NCBI GenBank assembly: GCA_040397635.1
Contig: JBBAVO010000001.1
Location: forward strand, 1 to 47,755
DNA: 47,755 nt
Source: Pirellulales bacterium
GTDB lineage: Bacteria > Planctomycetota > Planctomycetia > Pirellulales > UBA1268
Reading direction: 5' to 3'
Of this stretch, positions 27,762-34,773 are shown piece by piece. The notes under the pieces were generated by a model, which had not been told where the DNA came from, searched no databases, and worked only from the letters and a program-made list of their open reading frames with translations. Position 1 is the first letter of the stretch. The number at the start of each line of letters is the position of its first letter. The translations under genes were made by a program, and so were the position numbers.

Positions 27762-27819
27762 TCACGCGAAACATGGCATCCTGCCATTTTCGCTTGGCAA
27801 ACGCAGTTTGCTGGTGCTG
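27762..27819 (+). repeat. 58-nt two-hairpin repeat, copy downstream of xerD
   Basis: Aligns without gaps to 47681-47738 at 48/58 positions. Hairpin 1 is ATGGCA-TCC-TGCCAT followed by TTTT (27772-27790). Hairpin 2 is GCAAAC-GCA-GTTTGC (27798-27812). The last 26 nt are identical in both copies. Confidence 0.85.
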
Positions 27820-27865
27820 ACCCGGGCCTCCGGCCCTAGCGCTATGCGACTTGCGGAATCCGTGA

Positions 27866-28020
27866 GGGGCTGCCCATGTCCCGAGAGCCGGCGTTGGCGG
27901 CAAGCGAAGGCAGGATGCCGAGAGCGCAGCCGCCATCGAGTGAGCGAAGGGCAGGATGCCCGTAGCGAACGTCCGGCGACGGGGCATGGGCAGCCCCGAA
28001 CCGCCGCGTGGCAGGATGCG
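27866..28020. repeat. REP-like cluster of nested palindromes in the xerD/exbD convergent spacer
   Basis: GGCAGGATGCC-type palindromes lie at 27909-27919, 27949-27961 and 28010-28020 (the last imperfect), with an inverted copy at 27774-27784. A 13-nt long-range inverted repeat pairs GGGGCTGCCCATG (27866-27878) with CATGGGCAGCCCC (27985-27997). Confidence 0.75.
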
Positions 28021-28023
28021 CGT

Positions 28024-28509
28024 CTACTTGCCCGCCTTTGGCGGCGTGAACTTGATCTTCTTGATCAGTTCCACGATCTGGCCATCCTGCACGGTGCCGG
28101 AAACAGCCGTGATCGCGCGGACGACGTTGACATATTTGAGGCCGTAGTCGCAGTCCATCTCGACCTCGGTCTTGTCGGCCAGCGAATCGGGCCCACGACC
28201 CTTACCCACCAGCGACACCACTTTCCTCTGGAGTTCGTTGAAGTCGGCAACGGGGTTGCCATTCATGGAAATACCGGCCAGCGACCCGTCCTGTCCAGCC
28301 GACAGCTTCACCCGGATCGGCGGCACCTGCTGATCGTCCACAACGGCGCTGGCTGACTTGCCGAGCGGCATGCGGATGTCGAAATCGCCCTCCGGGGCGA
28401 CGACCTTCAGCGAAAACATGAAAAACGAGATCAGCTGAAATACGACGTCGATCATCGGCGTCATGTCGATGTGGATCTTGTCGGGGAGTGAAGACTCTGG
28501 CCGTGCCAT
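28024..28509 (-). CDS. exbD: ExbD/TolR-family biopolymer transport protein (copy 2 of 2)
   Basis: IDMTPMIDVVFQLISFFMF is the canonical ExbD/TolR N-terminal TM motif. A periplasmic domain of about 110 aa follows. Confidence 0.85.
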   Translation of the reverse strand: MARPESSLPDKIHIDMTPMIDVVFQLISFFMFSLKVVAPEGDFDIRMPLGKSASAVVDDQQVPPIRVKLSAGQDGSLAGISMNGNPVADFNELQRKVVSLVGKGRGPDSLADKTEVEMDCDYGLKYVNVVRAITAVSGTVQDGQIVELIKKIKFTPPKAGK

Positions 28510-28513
28510 CGGG

Positions 28514-28954
28514 TCACCTTCCCTCGTCGTACTGGGCCCGAAGGGCGAATTTCTCGAAGCCCTTCTCCTGGCAGATCTTGATGATCTCCTGGACCTCGCC
28601 GGTCTTCGCGCGCCCGTCAGCCCGGACGATCACCGTGGCAGAGGCGGGCTCCTTGCCGGCATCGAGCATGACCGACTTCTCCTGCTCCAGATAGCCGCCC
28701 ACGTCGCGCAAGCCGATCATCTCGCCCGCGTAGATCACCGAACCATTGTTCGCCAACTGCAGCGTGATCGGCTTCTCGATGGGCCCGTCCACCGGCTTTG
28801 CCAACTGGCTCATGGGAAGCTGGATACGGTCGTCCTGCTCCGCCTCGGAGAAGTTCATCACGAACATGAAGAACGTGATCAGCTGAAACGTCATGTCGAT
28901 CATCGGCGTCATGTCGATGTCGGTGGTCGAAGCCTCGGTGGTTCGTTTTGGCAT
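28514..28954 (-). CDS. exbD: ExbD/TolR-family biopolymer transport protein (copy 1 of 2)
   Basis: IDMTPMIDMTFQLITFFMFVMNF and VIVRADGRAKTGEVQEIIKICQEKG. Only a 4-nt gap separates it from the next exbD. Confidence 0.85.
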   Translation of the reverse strand: MPKRTTEASTTDIDMTPMIDMTFQLITFFMFVMNFSEAEQDDRIQLPMSQLAKPVDGPIEKPITLQLANNGSVIYAGEMIGLRDVGGYLEQEKSVMLDAGKEPASATVIVRADGRAKTGEVQEIIKICQEKGFEKFALRAQYDEGR

Positions 28955-28999
28955 TGGATGCTCCGGCAGGACCGACTCGGATGGTCGCTCCGTCGTCCC

Positions 29000-29842
29000 T
29001 TACTTCTTGCCCATGCCCTGGAACCGCGACATGAGCCGCATCGCCTCCCCGTCAACGTCGCCGTTGAGCTTCTGGAGCCAGTTCTTGAACAGTGCAAAGC
29101 AGGCGATGGCCGGGATGGCCAGCCAGAGGCCGATGAGGGTCGTGATGAGGGCCTGCGAGATACCGACAGCCAGTTCGGACGGCTTGGGCGCCGTAGATGA
29201 CTTGGCGATCACCATGAATGCCCCCACCATTCCGTCCACCGTGCCGAGCAGTCCGAACATCGGCGCCAAGGCGCCGATCAACGACACGTAGCTCACCTTG
29301 TGATCGAGTTTCATCGCCTGCTCGCCCTCCTCGGCCTGCATCGCCTCCACGGAGGCCGGATAACCCGACTGCAGCTTTCCCATCCCGGCAGCAAGCACAT
29401 GACCCAGGTAGGAATCGTCGGTCTTGGCCAACTCGTAGGCCTGCTGATACTCCTTGTTTTCCAGACGCTCCTCGAACGCCTTGCTCAAGCCCGGCGGCAT
29501 CAAGACGGTCCGACGAATCTGCATGAAGCACATCACGAGCAGGGCGACCAGTCCAAACGAGAGCGCCAAAAATACGATGACATACCGCAGGCCGAGCGCC
29601 TTGTAATAGAAGACGAGCATGTTCTCGCCCTCCGGTTCGGCCGCCTCGTCGGCGGGGGCATCACCAGCTTCGTCCTGGGCACTTGCCGCCACAGGCCAGG
29701 CGATTGCCGGCACGACAGCCGCCGCCCAAGGAAGGAGCGAGTTGGAAAGGAGCGAGGCGACGATCAGCAGGCAGCGACCGACCCCTCGCCAAGCAAGGCT
29801 GTTCGCATGGTTTCGCCCGTCATTGGTAACGCTGCACTGCAT
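29000..29842 (-). CDS. exbB: MotA/TolQ/ExbB-family proton channel with N-terminal signal peptide and acidic extension
   Basis: C-terminal LIGALAPMFGLLGTVDGMVGAF...ELAVGISQALITTLIGLWLAIPA is the ExbB/TolQ TM2-TM3 signature. The N-terminus has a signal peptide followed by DEAGDAPADEAAEPEGE. Confidence 0.85.
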   Translation of the reverse strand: MQCSVTNDGRNHANSLAWRGVGRCLLIVASLLSNSLLPWAAAVVPAIAWPVAASAQDEAGDAPADEAAEPEGENMLVFYYKALGLRYVIVFLALSFGLVALLVMCFMQIRRTVLMPPGLSKAFEERLENKEYQQAYELAKTDDSYLGHVLAAGMGKLQSGYPASVEAMQAEEGEQAMKLDHKVSYVSLIGALAPMFGLLGTVDGMVGAFMVIAKSSTAPKPSELAVGISQALITTLIGLWLAIPAIACFALFKNWLQKLNGDVDGEAMRLMSRFQGMGKK

Positions 29843-29938
29843 GAATGAACTCCTCGAGAATGAATCGTGTGCTTCGCCACAGCGTAGCCTCGCACCCCTT
29901 CAGGCTGCAAAGCGCCGGCTGCATTTTCCGTCAATCGG

Positions 29939-31090
29939 CTAGGACTTGGAGGCCTCCAGTTTGGCAGCCCAGGGGCTGGCCGGATAGGCCGCTTTGAGAT
30001 TCTGCCGAGCCTCGCGGGCCCGTTCAGGATTGCTGCCCTTGTCCCACAACTCGCCGAGGTTGAACAACGCCTCGGCGTGACTCTCCGGCAGCGTGTTGTA
30101 GACCAGGTCAACCGTGAGGAACTGAATCAGGGCATCCTGCTCCCTGCCTGCCGTGGAGCGATAGGCTCCCCCCAGAACGTTATAGGCCCGTGACAATAGT
30201 TCCTTTTCCTCGGGGCCTGAATCCTTGATGATCTGGAGCACCATCTCGATGGCTGCATCCTGCTTGCCCTGCAACGACAGGCACTTGGCCTTGCCCAACT
30301 CAGCCGACCGCCGCTGCGGCTGGCTCGCCTTTTCACTGCCCGCCAGCGTGATGGCGGCATCGTATTCCGCCATGGCCTCATCAGGCTTGCCCTGGGCAAG
30401 CAGCATGGCTGCCTTGGCCGATGCAGCACGAACTTTCATGCCGGGGGGGCCGTTGTCGAGTTGCTGGTACGCAGCGAGAGCCTCCGCGGGCTTTCCAGCC
30501 CGGGCGTGCAGGTCGCCGAGCAGTTCCTGCATCTGGAAGAAGTGGTGGCTCTTGGGATGCTTGGCGAGATAGTCGGCCACCGTCTTGGCCGCTGCGGCAG
30601 GGTCGCCGCCGGCCTCGAGCACGGCCTGCGCGGCGGCAGCCGCTCTGACAAAATCAACCTCGGCCAACACGAGTGGCTCGGCCCCGTCGAGCTCATCCGC
30701 CTCGATCTTGCCAACCTCATCCCTGGCGTCAGCGCCGCGACCGCGGAGCAGCATTGCCCGGGCATTCTTCAGCGACTGCGGCTCCTCGCCAAACTGAACC
30801 TCCCGGACTGTTTCAATCGCCACCTTCTGCGCATCGCCGTCGCTGTTCTCCACATCGACGCCAACGGGGGACACGGACACAATCTTCCCGGAGACGCTCG
30901 TGCCGCCGAACAGATTCACCCTGTCGGCAGCCTGTCCCGAGGCCACCCCAGGAGACACGATCGCCAGGACGACGGCCCCGATCACGAGACCTGCGGGCAT
31001 GGTCTCCCAAGCCCAACGCTTCCAGCCTCCATCCGCCATCATGCTCGTCGCCATGCTGTTCTCAAAGCGTGTATTCATGCCTGTATCCAT
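29939..31090 (-). CDS. secreted TPR-repeat protein (383 aa)
   Basis: A signal or anchor helix (MPAGLVIGAVVLAIVSPGVASG), a small beta-rich segment, then TPR-like helices (AEALAAYQQL, PDEAMAEYDAAI, AEALFNLGELW). The start is uncertain (ATGs at 31090, 31078, 31054...). Confidence 0.6.
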   Translation of the reverse strand: MDTGMNTRFENSMATSMMADGGWKRWAWETMPAGLVIGAVVLAIVSPGVASGQAADRVNLFGGTSVSGKIVSVSPVGVDVENSDGDAQKVAIETVREVQFGEEPQSLKNARAMLLRGRGADARDEVGKIEADELDGAEPLVLAEVDFVRAAAAAQAVLEAGGDPAAAAKTVADYLAKHPKSHHFFQMQELLGDLHARAGKPAEALAAYQQLDNGPPGMKVRAASAKAAMLLAQGKPDEAMAEYDAAITLAGSEKASQPQRRSAELGKAKCLSLQGKQDAAIEMVLQIIKDSGPEEKELLSRAYNVLGGAYRSTAGREQDALIQFLTVDLVYNTLPESHAEALFNLGELWDKGSNPERAREARQNLKAAYPASPWAAKLEASKS

Positions 31091-31111
31091 GCCTGTATCC
31101 GTGCCTGATTG
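31067..31111 (-). repeat. 12-nt tandem repeat (about 3.7 units) across the annotated start of the 383-aa TPR gene
   Basis: The plus-strand units are GCGTGTATTCAT, GCCTGTATCCAT, GCCTGTATCCGT and GCCTGATTG. On the coding strand they read ACGGATACAGGC / ATGGATACAGGC / ATGAATACACGC, giving two in-frame ATGs 12 nt apart. Confidence 0.75.
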
Positions 31112-31159
31112 ATTGTGGTTGTTGTGGCCTTCATAGTCCGATCATCACGCCCGATCCGG

Positions 31160-34100
31160 TCAGCCAGCCGCGGCTTCGGCAGCCTGTTTCAATCCATCGA
31201 CCCCGCGGGAAGGCTTATTCTGCCGCTTCTCGATCTCCTTGAGCAGCTTGTCAAACGCCTTCCTCGTATCGGGCCCGCCCAGTTCCGGATGCATTTTGAA
31301 GGTGATCTCGATGTAGTCGAACGCCTTCTGCAACTCCTTCTCCCGCTCCTGCGGCAAGGTCTCCGCCTTTTCCATGCGGCACTTGACCGCGTTCAATCGC
31401 GCCTGGAAAAACTTCTGGCGGGCTTCCATCGCCTTTTCGTCCGAACCGGCAAACGCCTGCTGCTCCAGGCGATTCGAGATGACGGCCCAGCCCCAGCCCC
31501 AGATCTCACCCGCGTCTCCGCGTCGCTTGTAGCCGCTGATGGCCTTGCCGAAGTAGTCGGCCTGCTTCGCCTTGTCGTTCGTTTTCAGCCCTGCCTGCTG
31601 GAGCAGGTCGGCGGCCTGCGTTTGGAAGTCGAGCGTGTTCTGTCGCTTCTTGTCCGAGAGAATCCAGTCGATGTGCTTCTGCGCCTCATCCCACTTTTCC
31701 CGTTCACGGTAGACGTTTGCCATCTTCAAGCGAATCGAGGGCTCGAACTTGGCGATCTCGCCCCCACCCTTGGCAAGCAGGCCTTCGTAGATGGCAGCGG
31801 CCCTGTCGAGATACCCCTCAGCCTTGGCCTTGGGCACGGCCGAGCCCGTGCCCTCACCGGAGCCCAGGTTGAGGTAGGTCGTGGCCGCCCACATCTGCGA
31901 CGAGAGTTTGGGGTCCTTGGCAACACCCTCCAGAAACTTTTCGAAGCCGGTCAGAATGGCGGCCGCCCTGGCCTGCGCCTGCGGCGTGCCGGCAGTGGGA
32001 CCGGAGGCGAGATTCATCAGCTGCGACTGCAGGTCGCGGCCCATCGACTGATACATCGACGTCAGCCTGGCGGAGGCCTCGGCCCCGGCGGCACCGGCAA
32101 GCTGCTCGAGCTTCTTCATGGCCTGTACGGCCTTGTCGCTCTGCTCGGTCTCGATGAAATACCGCAGGCCGGCCGTGGCCGTGGCCGTGGCGAGCGGACC
32201 TTGTGCATACGCCGGGTCGCTCCCATTGAGGACGGTCCATGGCCCATACACGGGATGCTCGAGCAGGGCCGCCACCCGAACGTTGTCGCCGTCCTCCATC
32301 GCCATCTGGGCACGAGCAAGCGCCGCGGCCACGCTCACGGCTGCCGGCCCGCCGCCCGCAGCCATCCCCGCCAGCCCATCATCGATCGCCTTGGCAGCCT
32401 GTGCTCGCCAACCAGCCAGTGTCGCCGCCGGTGGACGGGCGGCCTCGTCTAATCGCGACTTCTCCTGAACTTCCCGCCAGAGCGCCCCACCCGCTCGGAG
32501 CAGCACCTCGGGCCGCCGCGGCGACGCCGCCGGCACCTTCGCCATGATCTCCACGATCCGTTCCGGCTCCCGGGCCTCGGTCGCGGCGGCGATGGCGATC
32601 ACGGCCGCATCGGCGGCCTCCGGCCGGTCAGGCCAGGTCCGCATGATCGCTTCGGCGGTTTCCACGCAGTTTTCCTTGGCCTCGTCCGCCCAGGCCGCCA
32701 CCGACTGCTTCTGCAGCAGCTGCCAACTGGCCATGGCGATGCGGGCGGCCTGCTGGCTGCCCTTCGCATTCGGATACCGCCGGATGAGAAAATCTCCGAG
32801 TATCGCGGCATCGTGCAGCCGCCGATCCTCATACAACACGTAGGCGAGCCACGAACGGGCCTGGTTGAGACCCTCGATGTCATCGGGCCCCGCCAGCGGC
32901 ATGGCCCTCCGCAGGCTGGCGATCGTCTGTGTCCGCTCCGCCGCCAGCTCCTTCTTGGCCGCCTCAATCGCGGCCTCGTTCTTGGCGGCCTCGGCCTGCT
33001 TCAGGCCAGCCTGACGCGACTGCATCGCCGCGAGCCGTGCCCGCGCCGAATCCATGGCTGCCTCGAACGTCGCCGCACCGCCGTCGAGATCATCGGGAAC
33101 CTGTTTGCCGAGTTCGGCCAGCAGGTCCTTCGACTCCGAGCCAAAATCCTTGTTGATCTTGGCGACCTCCATGGCAAGCCGCTGGGCGTCCCGCAGGAGC
33201 GGGGCTCGCTTTGTCTTCTCATTGTCGGGAACGGCCGCGGCCCGCCTCTCGAGCAGCAGGGCCGCGTGATATTTCATGCCGAGCCAGTCGTGGTCGATGC
33301 GATCGGGAGTGAGGGGCGCAAGTGCAAATTTCTGCAGCCGCTCGTCGAACTCGTCATACTTTTTGTCCTCCAGCCAGCACTCGAGCGATGCATTGATCGC
33401 CTTGGCCCGCAGACTTGGGATGATGCCTTCCCCTTCGAGTGTCCGGATGCCGGCCAGCGCTGCCAACGCATCCTTTCGTCTCCCAAGGACCACATAGTTG
33501 CGGCCCTCGTAATACTTGGCAAACAACCCGGCCCCGCGGGTCCGGTATTTGTCGTAGAGTTCCTTGTATTGCTTTGCGGACTCATTGAGTGCCGCCTCCC
33601 ATTCCTTCGACTTCGGCTCGAGCGCCCGGGACTTCTCATAGTATGCCCCGGCAATCAACAGCCGCGTCTTCAGAAGCAATGCCCGCAGTTCGTCCTGACG
33701 CTGCTCCAATTCGCCCATCAGCCGCGCGGCGCCCGGCTTTCTGGCTGGCTTCTTCGGCTTCGCCGCCGCCTTGCCCCCCTCCTTACCCCCGTCTTTGGCG
33801 GCATCATCCTTGTCGTCCGTCCCATCGCTTCGCAGGCCCTTCAGCGATGCATCGACTTCGCGAAGCAGTTTGAGCACCGCATCTTCGGCGTTGGCCACGG
33901 TCTCGATCGGGGCGTTTTCCTTACGAACAGGCCCCTCCAACGCTTTGATCGCCGCATCGAAGAAGGGCAGGGCTTCACCCCGCAGTTTCACGGCATCCTG
34001 GCCAGGACGCTTCGATTCCTCGACCTTCGCTCGCCCGCGTTCGATCAGCAGGTTGCCTTTCTGGAGATAGGCCTCAATCGCCCGCTCGCCCTCCGGGCTG

Positions 34101-34483
34101 TCTTTCAAAAAGGCATCGATCTCGCGACCAGCCCGGTCGTACACCTCAGCTCGCCTGGCGGCGTTCGACTCCAAACGATTCGTGGCCACGAGCGCTGCTG
34201 CCCGTCGAAATGACACCTGCTTCTTGAATTCCGGCGCAGCGTCCGGATCTTTCTCCAATCGCTCGAGCACCCAGAGCACCACATCGGACATCTGCCGCTC
34301 CTCGAGCGCGTCGAGCAGTCGGGCCGTACCGATGTCCTTGGTCGAGCCTTGCGGCGATTCGGCAGCAGTTCCGCGCTGAGCCCCCAGACCACAGACCAGA
34401 CCACAAACCAAGACCCCCACGAAGCCCCCCACCAAGACCCGCACGAGGAGGACACTCCACAGGCATCGACGGCATCGGATCAT
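31160..34483 (-). CDS. very large secreted/anchored all-helical TPR-like protein (about 1107 aa)
   Basis: N-terminal hydrophobic helix (LWSVLLVRVLVGGFVGVLVCGLVCGLGA), a Lys/Asp/Ala low-complexity linker (DDKDDAAKDGGKEGGKAAAKPKKPARKP), and a long run of TPR-like helices. Start taken at ATG 34483; the ORF is open to 34594. Confidence 0.6.
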   Translation of the reverse strand: MIRCRRCLWSVLLVRVLVGGFVGVLVCGLVCGLGAQRGTAAESPQGSTKDIGTARLLDALEERQMSDVVLWVLERLEKDPDAAPEFKKQVSFRRAAALVATNRLESNAARRAEVYDRAGREIDAFLKDSPEGERAIEAYLQKGNLLIERGRAKVEESKRPGQDAVKLRGEALPFFDAAIKALEGPVRKENAPIETVANAEDAVLKLLREVDASLKGLRSDGTDDKDDAAKDGGKEGGKAAAKPKKPARKPGAARLMGELEQRQDELRALLLKTRLLIAGAYYEKSRALEPKSKEWEAALNESAKQYKELYDKYRTRGAGLFAKYYEGRNYVVLGRRKDALAALAGIRTLEGEGIIPSLRAKAINASLECWLEDKKYDEFDERLQKFALAPLTPDRIDHDWLGMKYHAALLLERRAAAVPDNEKTKRAPLLRDAQRLAMEVAKINKDFGSESKDLLAELGKQVPDDLDGGAATFEAAMDSARARLAAMQSRQAGLKQAEAAKNEAAIEAAKKELAAERTQTIASLRRAMPLAGPDDIEGLNQARSWLAYVLYEDRRLHDAAILGDFLIRRYPNAKGSQQAARIAMASWQLLQKQSVAAWADEAKENCVETAEAIMRTWPDRPEAADAAVIAIAAATEAREPERIVEIMAKVPAASPRRPEVLLRAGGALWREVQEKSRLDEAARPPAATLAGWRAQAAKAIDDGLAGMAAGGGPAAVSVAAALARAQMAMEDGDNVRVAALLEHPVYGPWTVLNGSDPAYAQGPLATATATAGLRYFIETEQSDKAVQAMKKLEQLAGAAGAEASARLTSMYQSMGRDLQSQLMNLASGPTAGTPQAQARAAAILTGFEKFLEGVAKDPKLSSQMWAATTYLNLGSGEGTGSAVPKAKAEGYLDRAAAIYEGLLAKGGGEIAKFEPSIRLKMANVYREREKWDEAQKHIDWILSDKKRQNTLDFQTQAADLLQQAGLKTNDKAKQADYFGKAISGYKRRGDAGEIWGWGWAVISNRLEQQAFAGSDEKAMEARQKFFQARLNAVKCRMEKAETLPQEREKELQKAFDYIEITFKMHPELGGPDTRKAFDKLLKEIEKRQNKPSRGVDGLKQAAEAAAG

Positions 34484-34773
34484 GATGGGACACACGTGGG
34501 GTGAGCGGGAAGAGACAAGACCGCGGCAGGCATGACGACCCTTCCGATAGGGCCACATCTTGCCATGTCGGGAGAGACGGGCACGGAAGCTCATTGTGAA
34601 CCCCCATACGCATTCTGGGAAGGCGGACCATCGCCGTCAAACGGGCGGCCGCTGCGAGATACCGAATCTCGTCCCTCACTCAACGATTGCCACGTCATCG
34701 AAAACCCACCGATCAAACCGGTCACCGGCGGCGGGGGATTCGGCCATGAAGCATTCGCCAGAACGCCCGGAAC

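Noticed and set aside
27796-27814. TGGCAAACGCAGTTTGCT looked like a sigma-54 (-24 GG / -12 GC) promoter.
   Set aside because: The GG-to-GC spacing is 12 nt rather than the strictly conserved 10 nt. The motif is better explained as the 6-bp-stem hairpin 2 of the repeat, and no downstream gene is in the right orientation.
27866-28020. The repeated GGCAGGATGCC units were considered as a possible CRISPR array.
   Set aside because: The units are only 11-13 nt, irregularly spaced (about 40 and 60 nt), partly inverted and self-palindromic. No cas genes are present. The cluster fits REP-like elements instead.
26778-28023. xerD followed by repeats was considered as a possible integrative mobile element boundary.
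   Set aside because: The recombinase has housekeeping XerD motifs and is tightly linked to metH. There is no integrase-associated cargo, tRNA target or flanking direct repeats. The repeats recur at unrelated gene ends.
31109-34213. Plus-strand ORFs of 447 aa (31109..32452) and 466 aa (32813..34213).
   Set aside because: Both are antisense to the 1107-aa TPR-like gene and are low-complexity Leu/Arg/Gly/Pro translations.
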